A stretch of DNA of 64,000 nucleotides from Octopus sinensis (taxonomy: Eukaryota). Under the pieces are notes generated by a model that was given only the letters and a program-made list of their open reading frames with translations, searched no databases and had not been told where the DNA came from. The stretch lies in the NCBI RefSeq assembly GCF_006345805.1, contig NC_043009.1:12648001-12712000 (forward strand), in the 5' to 3' direction. Positions 39,986 to 53,426 of the stretch are shown here, one piece after another. A program made the position numbers and the translations under genes. Position 1 is the first letter of the stretch. Every line of letters starts with the position of its first letter.

Positions 39986-40434
39986 GGATCTTTTCGGTTT
40001 GAACGGCAGTTTTTTAAAAATAATTTCCACGTAACTAAACACTTTTAAACTTCGTATACTGGTAGAATGTGTTTATAAAACATCTTTTTCTCTTGGCTTT
40101 ATTGAGAAAATTCTATGGTTTTTAAGATATTTGTTGTTTTTTTTTTCTTCAATTTCTGCAATCTCAACCAATCAGTGACGTCTATTGAGGTGAAAACATT
40201 CTGTGCCGTATGAAAATGTCCCTCGTTTAAGAAACAGATTGGGTTTATTTACATTTGTGAAGAAAAAAGGATACCCGTCCCCCACCCCTAACCCTAACCC
40301 TAACTCTAACCCTAACCCTAACCCTAACCCTAAAATAGATTGAAATTCAATAGATCGATACTAGGGTCATAATTATGGGTGACAATTTCATATGACACCG
40401 CTAGCAAAACCTGCCGTTCAAATCGGAAAGATCC
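39986..40434. mobile_element. Merlin-like MITE containing (CCCTAA)8
   Basis: GG-initiated ~28-bp TIRs ggatcttttcggtttgaacggcag / ctgccgttcaaatcggaaagatcc; 8-bp TSD GCAATTTC at 39978-39985 and 40435-40442. Confidence 0.7.
40286..40333. repeat. Interstitial telomeric-type repeat, 8 x CCCTAA (one variant unit)
   Basis: Direct inspection. Confidence 0.95.
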
Positions 40435-41426
40435 GCAATTTCTTCACATGACTTTCTCTTCGGCTGCTACCATATATTCTCGCTTCCTTCGCCGTTTATC
40501 TTCACTAAAAAGCATGCAATTCACACCATATAACTTTCTTTAGCAGCTGCCTCATCTGTAGTCTTATCCCAAGCAGCTTCTGTCTCCATTTCTACTTCCC
40601 CAGCCCCTTCATCAAACTCTTTCTCACGCCCTCTGCTTGTTTCCTCAAACACACCATCCCCCAATCCTCGTTCCCAACCCCATTCTGGACTATTTATCAG
40701 ACTCGTCTTTAGTCCTCTTTCCCCTGTATTTCACCAATTGCCTACACCAAAGTCCATCGACACAAATCATATACGCCTTCCTTTCATACTCCACTACTAA
40801 AGGTTTAGTAACCTCTTGTCCGAAATTCCCTGTCTGCAGAAATACATCACACATCTCATAGTGTTATTACTCTATCCTTTCTCCGACCTGCCATTCTCCG
40901 ATGTCTAGAGTTAAATCCATAGTACGAATCTCCGCACCATATTCCTCATTCCATCTGTTGGCGAGTTCCAGACTAGAACCAACATCAAGCAGTTTCTTCG
41001 ACGCACCAAACTACACACTGCTTTCCACAATAGGCCACCTGGTCAAGCAACACAGATCGCTTCATTGACCTCAACTGGCGGCCATCACACTGGACAAGGC
41101 GTCTGGCCTAGGGCTATACAAAGCATTGAATCTGATCACTAGCTTATACCACAAAGTTTTAGGTCATTTCGTATTTCGGATATGTTTAAAAGGCCATAAT
41201 ATCTCTTTAGGGGAATGCTTTGCATTCTGCCACGACCCACCGTCAAACTGATTACGACTGTGTCCACTTGGTGGTGGATAGTGATTCGTTTCCCAAACAC
41301 ATGGTTCTGAGTTCAGTTCCACTGCATGGCACCTTGGGCAAAAGCCTTCTACTATAGCCTCTGGCCGATCAAAGCCATGGGATTGGTTGGTTGAAGGAAA
41401 TTTAAAGAAGGCTGTCGTGTGTGTGT

Positions 41427-41459
<33 letters not shown>

Positions 41460-41466
41460 CGTGGGT

Positions 41467-41522
<56 letters not shown>

Positions 41523-41842
41523 TGTGTAGAATTATTGACAAAAGTTTCGTAATCAACGTCGATAGTTTTTCCCGTTTGGATCTAGATTTTTTCATTCGCA
41601 AAATATGCATTTTTTAAAAGACTGTATAAACTTTATACGCTTTACACTATATAAGCCATGAACACAAAAAAGATATGGAATCACTGGCAGACTTCGAGTA
41701 TTCGAGCGGTTCCACAGTGCTGTTTTCTTATTGCAGCCCCTATTTTCATCGACCACAACTGCTTAACCTCCCAAGCTAACCTATCATATCTATCGTCTTT
41801 TCTTTCTTTCTTATCGCATACTTTGAACAGAATATATCTATT

Positions 41843-41875
<33 letters not shown>

Positions 41876-41908
41876 ACTACTACTACTACTACTACTACTA
41901 CAACTACC

Positions 41909-42186
41909 ACCCTGCGTGCGTAAGCGAAAGCAGGGTATTGTAGTCACTCGACTTTGTCTGTTTGTCTGTGTGTTTGCAAAATTAGTGGAAAACAGCAGAA
42001 CGGATCTTCACCAAATTTGGCAGAAATATTTATTGCTTGAATGGGTCAAACTCATGAAATTTTGGTTTGATTATCATAAAAACTGACGGATGAGTGAATC
42101 AACATGTTTTGACTGAGCAGTTTTTTTGCGAAAGAATTTATGTGCACGCAAGGTATGCATTGTTGTGGCATGTTCTCAACTGCTAG
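41909..42186 (+). mobile_element. Helitron/Helentron-type non-autonomous element (HINE/DINE-like)
   Basis: 5' hairpin accctgc...gcagggt, (TGTC/TGTT) microsatellite, caccaaattt motif, CTAG end. Confidence 0.6.
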
Positions 42187-42320
42187 CATATAAATAATCT
42201 GCTTCTAGTACATAAAAACATGCATTATGTCTATTAAATACTATCTATCTCTCACCAGATGGAGTACTTTTGATTGATCTTACCATCACGGAACAGTACA
42301 CAATATATATATATATATAT

Positions 42321-42551
42321 ATTTCTTTACTACCCACAAGGGGCTAAACACAGAGGGGACAAACAAGGACAGACAAACGGATTAAGTCGATTATATCGAC
42401 CCCAGTGCGTAGCGTAACTGGTACTTAATTTATCGACCCCGAAAGGATGAAAGGCAAAGTCGACCTCGGCGGAATTTGAACTCAGAACGAACGGCAGACG
42501 AGATACGGCTACGCCTTTCGCCCGACGTGCTAACGTGTCTACCAGCTCGCC
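42321..42551 (-). mobile_element. SINE family C, full length
   Basis: Homology to 5323-5552. Confidence 0.85.
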
Positions 42552-42965
<414 letters not shown>

Positions 42966-43190
42966 TAGGAAAGACCCTTACAGGTCGTTCAACTCACTTG
43001 AAAAGAGCAGCCAAGTGAGTTGAACGACCTGTAAGGGTCTTTCCTTAATATTTTGTTGAATATATTATATAGTCTGTGACTATTTCTATTTTCTCACTTG
43101 ACTGGTTGCAGAAAATTTTTTCTTGAATTTTCTTGAATTTTTTTTTGCTACCCTATATTGATATATATATATATATAATTTGATATATAT

Positions 43191-43266
<76 letters not shown>

Positions 43267-43598
43267 TTCATAAATGAGGTCAAAGGAAAAAATTTCTAAT
43301 GCCAAATATGCCGAAAAATTGGACATATTGTCCATTAACCATATAATTTTTTCACAATATTTTTCGAGAAAATATTTTTTTCGAAAAGAATTTTATCCTC
43401 ACATTTGATATAAATTTAAGCGTTCACTTCCGAACTAACTAACTCACTCTGTGAGAGCCTCAGTTCAAATCGCACGTGCCTCGAATGGGCTGGAGTATTT
43501 CTATTTTGGATGTATTTGGGGTACTTAGTTGTGCCCATGACTTATATTGCTTCTTCCATGGGTATGAGTAAGTATCTCATTTATTTCTTTTGCCACAT

Positions 43599-43653
43599 GT
43601 ATCACTGACGAAGAGAAGGCTCTTAGTAGCTAACTCTGAAATCGGTCCGATAT
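43599..43653 (+). ncRNA. Type I hammerhead motif, slightly decayed
   Basis: gtatca-CTGACGA-agag...ctct-GAAA-tcgg-TC-cgatat; mismatch at the first stem I pair. Confidence 0.6.
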
Positions 43654-43798
43654 GGTAATAATGGAATTTTTTAGAAATTTCTGTCGACCTTTTTTCGAGT
43701 AGCGTGCGTATTGTGAAAAAATTATATGGTTAATGGACAATATGTCCAATTTTTCGGCATATTTGTCATTAGAAATTTTTTCTTTGCCCTCATTTATG

Positions 43799-43878
<80 letters not shown>

Positions 43879-44019
43879 TTACGGAGATGTACTCGCATAG
43901 CAAGTAATTTGATCTGAGATCGTGTGCTGAAACGAAAACAATTGCAGCGTGGAAGGTGTTTATAAGCCATTTAAGAAACACACAAAAGCCGTTCGATTCA
44001 CTTCAACATTTAAGTTTAA

Positions 44020-44069
44020 TTTGTCAAAATATTTTCGTCGCTAAAATCCGCGACCTGTTCACTGACAAA
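44020..44069 (-). ncRNA. Hammerhead-fold motif with G3:C8 core (mirror copy in the palindrome)
   Basis: Exact reverse complement of 44090-44139. Confidence 0.6.
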
Positions 44070-44089
44070 GTCCGTGCTGCATCTCGGAC

Positions 44090-44139
44090 TTTGTCAGTGA
44101 ACAGGTCGCGGATTTTAGCGACGAAAATATTTTGACAAA
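44090..44139 (+). ncRNA. Hammerhead-fold motif with G3:C8 swapped core (GUGAACA)
   Basis: tttgtca-GTGAACA-g-gtcgc ggatttta gcgac-GAAA-ATATT-T-tgacaaa: 7-bp stem I, 5-bp stem II, palindromic AATATT stem III. Confidence 0.6.
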
Positions 44140-44218
44140 TTAGACTTAAATGTTGAAGTGAATCGAACGGCTTTTGTGTGTTTCTTAAATGGCTTATAAA
44201 CACCTCCACGCTGCAATT

Positions 44219-44284
<66 letters not shown>

Positions 44285-44493
44285 TCACATACATATACAT
44301 ACATACATACATACTTACATACATACATACATACATAACACACATATATATGTATAAATACAGTGTACATTTAAACACATAAGAGATGACCATAATAGGA
44401 CATCTGACTCACTAGAAAGAGCAGTTAAACTCCAAACCACTAATAGTTATAATTCTGAAAGGGAATGGAAAATAAAAACATTTACCCTATCTT

Positions 44494-44580
44494 TCCTGGA
44501 CTGTGCATAGTTTCGGCAATCTTTTGCAACTAAAATAAAATAATTTTAATTTACAACTGGCGTTGCCATCTTCAGCAGGA
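44494..44580 (-). ncRNA. Type I hammerhead ribozyme motif, GUC triplet, extended stem II
   Basis: tcctg-CTGAAGA-t-ggcaa...ttgcc-GAAAC-tatgcaca-GTC-cagga. Confidence 0.8.
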
Positions 44581-44669
44581 GGTCAAGGCTCACATATAGA
44601 CACGAGGCGATAAAGAACATGCCTCGTGTTTATATGTTATAATTTTTCAAAATCTTCCGCGCATATATA

Positions 44670-44727
<58 letters not shown>

Positions 44728-44746
44728 ATACATGCATACATACATA

Positions 44747-44806
<60 letters not shown>

Positions 44807-45599
44807 TTTGAATCGACCCTCGTCTGCGTTTGTATGGATGATGGTGTACCTATACGCGTAGACATGTGTGGGTACATACATACATACACGCATACATATA
44901 TATATGTGACTGTGTGTGTGTGTACAGCGAAGCATTCGAGGATTTTATTTATGAATTGGTTTCTTAATTTCCCCGGAGTATAAATACCTATAATGATGAT
45001 ACTTAAAAAGAATAGATAAAAATATCTCTAGAAATCGTACTTAAAATTTTCCCGATAAGCAAGTGGTCATATCATTTATATCCTACAACGAACTACAGTA
45101 CGCTTGATTCGCCTGCCATCATTGAAAAGCGTTGAAAATACTTCTGAAATTTTATGCAATATTTTATCATGTTTACTTTCAGCTGTCATCTAATTTCGCT
45201 TCTAATCCTCTTTTAGTCAAACACTTACAAAGCTTAATTCAGTTCTATTAAAAAGCATGGCTAAACAACAGTGATAAATAATTAATTTAATCAAATTAAT
45301 TTAATTATTTCTATTCTACCATGAATTTGCATTTTTTAATATCGGTGTTTGAAACGATCGTATGCATGAATTAAAATTCTTTCAAATTTTAACATCTTCT
45401 CTTCTCCATTTTTAACAAAATTGTTGAGTTTTTTTATGGGATTTCTTTCCATAAATCCACAACACATCATATACAAGTATTATTTTCATATTCGCAAACT
45501 TACACTAGTAAGCTACCAACAAAATATGAAGAATCTTTATTAGAAATCGTATTTTGGAATCCTCCAAATTGAAGGACGAAGTATAATTCAACCTTTTCC

Positions 45600-45663
<64 letters not shown>

Positions 45664-45837
45664 GTGAGAAAAAGAGAGATAGAGAAAGAAAGAGATAGGT
45701 AGAGAGACAGATAGAAAGAGAGAGAACGATAAATTGTGAGAGAATGAAATAAATTATTATTTAATTAGATTGTGTATATTAAATTGGATAAATAGGAATT
45801 CTTACGAAACCTGAAATTCTACAAAGGATCTTTTTTT

Positions 45838-45843
45838 TTTATT
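45838..45843 (-). terminator. Candidate polyadenylation signal AATAAA of the minus-strand gene
   Basis: First AATAAA about 163 nt after the stop; it overlaps a genomic A-run, so the evidence is weak. Confidence 0.35.
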
Positions 45844-46005
45844 CCTAGTTTACTATTTCTTCAGCTTTACCTTATGTGGGACTGCGTCACTTTGTGTGAG
45901 TATAAATCTGTGTGCCCGAGGTATGCATTCACTTATACGTGACAGGCTTATTTATGCAAACTATTGCTTCTATTGATATTGATTTCAAACTTTAGACTCC
46001 AGTGT

Positions 46006-46199
46006 TCATCCAGTTCTTGTTTTATCGAGTTTCTTCCATCTGAAACTTTGCTCGTCTGTTACCCCTTGTTCGATATCTAAATCAAATGCTCCATAGCTTT
46101 TGACGCAATGTTGTGCATATGGACCGATTACAAACTGGTATTTATCTTTCTTCCGAGCAGCATTTCTCTTAGCAGTTGCATCTCGTATCATTTTTCTAT
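46006..46199 (-). CDS. Putative secreted protein, terminal coding exon: (Y)RKMIRDATAKRNAARKKDKYQFVIGPYAQHCVKSYGAFDLDIEQGVTDEQSFRWKKLDKTRTG*
   Basis: Polypyrimidine acceptor ttttcgtttctcgttttatag. Phase-1 start matches the 51236 donor. Open to TGA at 46008-46006; AATAAA at 45843-45838. Confidence 0.7.
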
Positions 46200-46368
46200 C
46201 TATAAAACGAGAAACGAAAAGGGTCACACACTAGAAACAACAACAAAAAAAAAACCCTTCTCAAAAAGGTTAGTAACATCCTGATAAAAGGTTTCATCGC
46301 ATTTCCTTACACTTCAAAACTGTATTAAGTAATTCTCGTAGACTTTCTAATATATATATATAGGCACG

Positions 46369-46457
<89 letters not shown>

Positions 46458-46589
46458 GGTACGATGAATAAACTATCGACTAAATTACGCAAGAATGAAT
46501 ATAACCCTGACATCTGATTTTAACAGATACATTTACCAAAATAACATAAAAATATCTCGAAATAGTAAAGAATAAATTTATTCTATAAG

Positions 46590-47040
46590 ATCGTCATTAG
46601 TTTCAACCACGGCCTCCACACGACTTCAGAATCTCCTGCAACTCTTCTGGACGGTCTCCTTGTTTAAGTTGGTGAATGCAGCCATAATTCTTGCCTTCAG
46701 TTCAACTTTGGAGTTACAAGGAGTTTTGTTGGTCACTCGCTCAACTGCATCCACACATAATAATGAAGGAGATTGCAGCCTGGAGAATTAGGTGGCCAGA
46801 TGTTACGGGTGATGTGGTCGCAGAAATTGTCTGCCAGCCATGACTGTGTTCTTCTGCTTGATGCCGAGTTCTGTTGCCAGACAAAGAGTCACCCTCCTGA
46901 CCTCGAGTGGTGCTACCTCCTCCAGGCACTTGATGAAGACCTCCGTGTTGAGTGTGAGGCCATGTGGGAAGATGAATGGAGGCATAACATCGCCATCATT
47001 AGTGATCATTGCAAACACCATGGTGTTGACATGATGTAAT
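46590..47040 (-). mobile_element. maT/DD37D-like (Tc1-mariner) transposase 3' fragment
   Basis: MVFAMITNDGDVMPPFIFPHGLTLNTE..., WPPNSP, ELKARIMAAFTNLNKETV. Confidence 0.8.
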
Positions 47041-49042
47041 GAACTGGAATACCTATGATTTGAATTTCATTAAAATTGCAGATGAGGGTTCTTTCCCACT
47101 TTACACACCCTAAAAAATTCTAATGATGACACATGTATCCCATACTACTGATCTTTATGCTCATATTCCAAAATTCCAGTCTTATGGAACCTGTTAAAAG
47201 GATTTTGCTCCTGAAAAATGGAGGTCATGGAGCTCTAAAATGTGGGAGTTAAGGCCCCCATTGAGGGTGGGTGTCTTAATGTCAACCAGAGAAGTTGAAT
47301 TGTTGAGAATTTTTAAAACTTAGGTCTTATATCTATTGTTTGAATTTCTTTGAAATAGGAAATATATGTTCACCGGGTTTGTAAAAGAGAGCAAAGCTAC
47401 AGGAAACCAAAAGACGAATGATCACAATAAGCAGTCAGCTACCCTACCCTAGTTGTTACCAATTCCAGTGTAGGATTCTTCACCATACAGGTGATAGGCA
47501 CAGCCATAAGATACATTACGGATATATAGCAATTGGAAGGACGTGACCCAACTCAAATAAACATTAACAACTGTGTGACGTGAGGGCTAAGGTGAAATGA
47601 AAGTGTCACCTCTGAAGTTTGCAAATGACCACTATACCGATAGGTAACTGGACAGAATAAATTTACAATCTATAAATGTCTTTGAATAACTGGTCACTCA
47701 TCTGGGAAGGCTTTGAAATCAGTGTTACCATTTGGGGACTATGTGTGACCCAGTGATAATAAAAAAACACTCAAAGGAGGTCTGCAACCAAATAACTTTA
47801 CTCAACACTTTGCAACTGAATCAGTGGAGGCAAAGATGCCTCTCATTTACTTGACAATTTATGCCCCTCTTTGCAGAAATCACAATCAAGTATATCTCAA
47901 AGCTAACTCTTACACTGTTGTACGTTTGAATTACAAATAATGCTCATCTTTTATGTTCGGGTGACCCTACAGCTTCCAAGAGTACAACTGTAATCGTCTT
48001 TGCTTAGATAAAATGACTAAATTGTGGGTGTTAAGTCCCCATGGAGAGGTCTTTCTAACTTCTAAGAAGATGAAATTTTCGAAATATTACTTATTTCTGT
48101 CTAATTTCTATGGTTAAAATTTCATCAACAGCAAAAATATATGAATTTTCATGGGGGTTAAGGCCCTTATGCATAGAATATATTTCCAAATTTCATAAAG
48201 ATCCATTCAGTACTTTTGACCTAGTTTTGGATCATAAAATATGATTAAAATTTGGAAGTTAAGGCCTCCATTAGGGAAACTTAGAATCTTCATGAGAAGT
48301 GGAAACTTTGAGAATATTTCTTGATGTGTGTCAATTAACAATGGTTGAAATTTCATCAACATCAAAAATTTATGAATTTTTATGGGGTTCTGCCCTCTTT
48401 AAGCCATCTGAAATATGCACAAGCAAAAAGATAGATTGATAGATACAACTGAGTGGGCAAGCAAAAGTATGAGACACTGCCTAGTGCTTTTTTTTTATTT
48501 TGATAAGCCTGGTACTTATTCTATCAGTTTCTTCTGGTCAAGTTATGGGGGATGTAAATAAACGAACCCCAGTTGTAAAGCAGTGATGAGGGAGAAACAG
48601 AGACAAAGACACACACATACACTTACATATATACATACATATATATACGAATGATTTTTTTCAGTTTCTGTCTACAAAATACACTCACAAGGCTTTGGTT
48701 GGTCTGAGACTATAGCAGAAGACACATGCCAAGTCACCACACAGTGGGACTGAACCCAGGACCATGTGTTTTGGAACCATGTTTCTTATAACACAGGCAC
48801 ACCTGCACCTATGTATATATGTGTGTGTATGGGTGTATATATGTATGCATGTATATATGTGTATATATATGTGTGCATATTACATGTACATCTATATATA
48901 TACATCTACACGTATACATATACATCTACGTCTATATATACATCTATATATATATATATATGCATGTATTAATAAATTAATTTACTCTGCTATGTATTGA
49001 GTACCTTATTTACTGTGGTTAACCCCGACTCAACCCGGGACC

Positions 49043-49106
<64 letters not shown>

Positions 49107-49972
49107 CTAGCAGTATCGCCCGGCGTTGCTCGGGTTTGTTTCGACCCGCTGGAATTGTAATTTTGAAAAGTAAAAATTTTGTGAAAATTTTTCTGGTCGA
49201 AATACACCGAAAAGTGGCGACACAGCAGTGAAAAAATCGTAAAAAATAGGGATTTTCATAGAAAAAAGCATCTTTTTGATGTAAATAATTTTTGGTGTTA
49301 ACATGGTCCGATTTGAATTTTATGTTCTACGGAAGGAAGAGCAACCCTTCTTCTACCATACTCTCAATTTTGGTCAACTTGCGCCGCAGGGTCTCGGAGG
49401 AGATAGTGTTAGTTGAAGGTTACCATTGTAGGTGCCTGAGTAACAACCTCGCGGATTTACAGATAAATGAATTAATTACTATTTTACAGAATAAAATTAA
49501 ATAATTCTTGAAAATTAATTAATATTAATATTTTTGAACAAAGTAAATAATTTTTAAAACTTAAATAATAATTTTTTTTACACAAACGCGAACGGGGAAA
49601 AGGGGGTGGCGAATTCGATTTACATACCTAAATTTTTTCTTTTTCATGACATTGTAGCAAAATAGTAGTGAATTATATAAATACCAGCAGTACATTTTTT
49701 TTTCTGGGGTATTTTTTTTCAACCTCGTCACATATTTGCCCCTTTCAATTTAAACAAAGTCTTAATTAAGCAATTACGGCAGCTTAGCAATGGTTTCAAT
49801 ACAGGCGTGACATCTGTATCTCAATTGTTCAAAACCCTTCGAATTTTTTCGCACGTGATGATATCATAGTGAAAACTTCAGTTATTTCTGTCTATCACTC
49901 TGTCTGTCTCTTTACACACACTAACAAAAGCACTTCACTTACACACCACACTTTCTGTGTCGCACAACCCAT

Positions 49973-50019
<47 letters not shown>

Positions 50020-50564
50020 GCACACATGTACATCAATGCTTTCGGAGTGAAATGTTAAAATATTGAGTTTTCTCGAATTTTGTCTTAATTGGGGGTGAAA
50101 TTGAAAGAAATATATTATGGCATGAGCGAATGGAGTACTTTGAAAAATCTTAGGTAAATTCTAATTGAAGAAATTGTGTGAGGAGTAAATCGTTATGTAT
50201 TTATTTGTTTCTGTTTGCTGTGTTTTTTTTAATTTTTTGAGTAGTGGTTTAAATACTTTCAGTTTAGTCTTCCTCAAATCACTCTGTCGCTATTTACTTT
50301 CATTTTATTCGTTGCACACTGTGTGTGTGCGTTTGCGTGTGGTGTAAACCAGACTAAGAAAAGCATTTGACACACACACCAGAATGTGAGTTTTCTGTAA
50401 ATTTTGCTTAATTGGAGTTTAAATTTTAAAAACTGGACCTGGCATGACCCGATGCATTCTACTCTTAAAAATGCTAGGTAAATTGTAATTGAAGAAATCC
50501 TATATTGTAGATTTCTATAACTCCCAAAGGGAGGCAGATAAAATCTGCCTTTTATAATAAGAGA
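49107..50564 (-). mobile_element. Complete non-autonomous Helitron inserted in (TA)n
   Basis: A|TCTCTTATTATAAAAG 5' end; CCCG-agcaacgc-CGGG hairpin then CTAG|T 3' end. Confidence 0.8.
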
Positions 50565-50572
50565 TATATATA

Positions 50573-50612
<40 letters not shown>

Positions 50613-50704
50613 TATATATTTACACGTATATATATATACATCTATATATATACATCTGTGCAGATGTATACATATATACACATATATATTATATATACAC
50701 ACAA

Positions 50705-50744
<40 letters not shown>

Positions 50745-51235
50745 ATATGTATGTATGCCTGTATATATGTGAGATAATAGTTTCACATTAAATAGTTTCA
50801 GTATTAAAGTGAAACTATTAAAGTGAAAATATCTGACATTACAATAGAGAGATGTTATTGTTTCACTTTTGACACGTAATACTGAAATAGTGGAGAAGAT
50901 ATGATATTGCTCTGGGCAATATCTTTTGCTTCTTTGGATAAAGTTTCCAGAGATAACCCGATAGGTTTACCATTAATTCCATGAAATATTCACGGGTCCC
51001 GTTAGTCACTAATACTATACATGCAAATAAAGTAAACATCTTTGACATGCTTACAAATACAAGTAAGGCCAACATCTGCATTTTGTGTTATAACACCTCT
51101 CCACCACGCAAAAATATGTATACATTGATACACACGTGTGCACGTCATTCAGACGTACATACATATATATATATTACATATATACATATGTACGTACATT
51201 CTCATATATGCTCTTCTGCATACATATATACTTAC

Positions 51236-51377
51236 ACAAAACGGAAGTCTTGGTATCCTTGCTCATACTGGGCGCTTCCATTCGTTCTTCATTCAGCGGT
51301 TTAGCCTCAGTAACATTCACCGAGAGAGAGAAGATGAATATAAAGGTTAACAAACTGGAGGTGTTCAAGACGTCCAT
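51236..51377 (-). CDS. Putative secreted protein, first coding exon (exon 51394-51236, ATG at 51377): MDVLNTSSLLTFIFIFSLSVNVTEA-KPLNEERMEAPSMSKDTKTSVL
   Basis: Strong acceptor (ttcctttttcttttaagtcctttacag) and donor (TGT|gtaagt). In-frame TAA upstream of the ATG; Kozak context cataATGg. Hydrophobic core LLTFIFIFSLSV followed by VTEA/KP. Phase-1 end. Non-repetitive island between Helitrons. Confidence 0.72.
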
Positions 51378-51467
51378 TATGGGATCCCGTTATTCTGTAA
51401 AGGACTTAAAAGAAAAAGGAATAATTTGTCAATGTTTTAAACAAAACGCAATTATTGTTATTATTTA

Positions 51468-51824
51468 CGAGCAAAACGCCCCGCCGTCCAATGGACGGTG
51501 CTGAGTTGTTAAACATTTAAACCAAATTTTCTCAAAACAATTTGTCCGACCGTCCCATAGGCCTCCCCTTTGAAAAAACACTGATTTAGCCTAAATTTGA
51601 GACACCAGCAAAACTGATGTACGTCTGCGTACAAATGCACGTTCTCACGGCTTTATCGATTGCATTCTCACATGGAATCGACTTTTGTAATTTTTTCAAG
51701 ACTTATATACGCCCTGATACTGTCGGTATCTGCATATCGAATTTGCGCGCAGTCGGATGGAGGATGCCCGAGATCCTAGAAGACACACACACACAGACAG
51801 ACAGAACGGATTTTATATAATAGA
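51468..51824 (-). mobile_element. Short non-autonomous Helitron
   Basis: A|TCTATTATATAAAA 5' end; ccgtcc-att-ggacgg hairpin; CTCG|T variant 3' end. Confidence 0.7.
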
Positions 51825-52250
51825 TATCCAAATTTAAAAGCGATGAGCTGACAGAATAGTTAACACGACGGGTGAAATGCTTAGCAGTATTTTATTCATC
51901 TTTATATTCTGAGTTCAAATTCTTCCGAGGATGACTTTGCCTTTCACTCTTTCGATGTTTTGTGAAATAAGTACCAGTCAAGCACTGGTGTCGATGTAAG
52001 TGACTTAACCCTCCCCCAAAATTTCAGGCCTTGTGCCTATAGTAGAATGGATTATTTGTATCTCAATAAGAGCTGCAACTTCTTGAAAATAAATAAAATA
52101 CCATACATTCATTTGCGTGGTTGGTGCCATGTAAAAACTGGAGAGAACACATGAGATATCGACTTTGTATTTCGACGATGCTTACATCATAAGTCACAGT
52201 TTGTATACCATTAAAACTGAACCGTAGTGTGACGTGCTGGTAGAAAGGAA

Positions 52251-52370
52251 AGCCAGTTTAATTCCAAATAAGTGTTGTAAAGTCAATTTAACTGCAAATG
52301 GTTGTTCTAAAGTCAATTTCATTCCAAATAGTTGTTGTAGAGTCAGTTTAATAGCGACTAGGTGTTGTAA
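52251..52370. repeat. 30-bp minisatellite, 4 diverged units
   Basis: agtcaatttaattccaaatagttgttgtaa-like units in exact 30-bp register. Confidence 0.85.
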
Positions 52371-52594
52371 ATTAGTGCAGCTTACCGAAGCAAGCAGAAG
52401 TAAGAATATATATCTCTTATAAAGGGATTGAGAATAATCGATGTCAATTCAATTGATTTAGTGCAGAGAAAAAGGTTTCAGAATTATAAAATTACTAACT
52501 AGACAACAACAATGTGTGTGCACATCAGCACACACATACAAACACACTCGTATGCAATACAAACACACATCTGTGCCATTACACATGCATATTT

Positions 52595-52771
52595 CGTCTG
52601 TCGCTACGTTCTGAGTTCAAATTCTGCTGAGGTCGACTTTGCCTTTCATCCTTTCGGGGTCGATAAATAAAGTACCAGTTACGCACTGGGGTCGATGTAC
52701 TTGACTTTATCCCTTTGTCTGTGTTTGTTTGTCCCCTCTATCTTTAGCTCCTTGTGGGCAATAAAGAAATA
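52595..52771 (+). mobile_element. SINE family C, 5'-truncated; an older copy lies at ~51850-52045
   Basis: Homology to 5323-5552. Confidence 0.8.
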
Positions 52772-52853
52772 TATACATACACACACACACGCATATATAT
52801 ATATATAATTATATATATATATACACACACTAATATACACACATATATATGCG

Positions 52854-52886
<33 letters not shown>

Positions 52887-53009
52887 TATATATATATGTA
52901 TGTGTGTATAATATATATATATGTTTGTGTGTGAGCATTTTTGCAGATATGCATGTATATGTGCGTATGTATGTAGGCATGCATGTATATATGTATTCAT
53001 GTATGTATC

Positions 53010-53385
53010 TATGATAAAAGTGATGAATGGATGTTTACTGAAGTTCTGTAGAATTCAAGCAAGTTGCTAACAGCTTGAGACAAGACAATTCCAGAGATTT
53101 GAGAGTATGGGAGAATTAATGTAGTGATATATAACGGACGGTCTGGATGTATTTGCCCAATTATTCTGGTTCTGGTGTACCATTTGTAAGAGCGATAGAA
53201 CAATACTTCCTTCGGATAGCATTGTGAATTGATTTAGAAATAATGTTGTGTCTCGTGGGGATAAAGTACTTTGCAGATAATTTTAATCATCTGCTGGTAA
53301 TATTGAAGCTACTTCCAGACTCCACAAGGTGCAATCAAGAATTTCTCTGATAATATAAAGAGACATCTTCATCTCATATATCATC
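53010..53385 (-). mobile_element. R4/Dong-like LINE fragment (zinc-knuckle to RLE region)
   Basis: KLSAKYFIPTRHNIISKSIHNAIRRKYC, with stops and frameshifts around it. Confidence 0.65.
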
Positions 53386-53395
53386 CAGGTATATA

Positions 53396-53426
<31 letters not shown>

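Larger units (their letters stand above)
43936..44222. repeat. Near-perfect palindrome, 139/138-bp arms with a 10-nt loop (44075-44084)
   Basis: Arms are reverse complements with one substitution and one 1-nt indel. Confidence 0.95.

Noticed and set aside
40443-41160. Purine-rich minus-strand stretch possibly from a retroelement ORF1/gag
   Set aside because: Multiple stops and no motif I could identify with confidence
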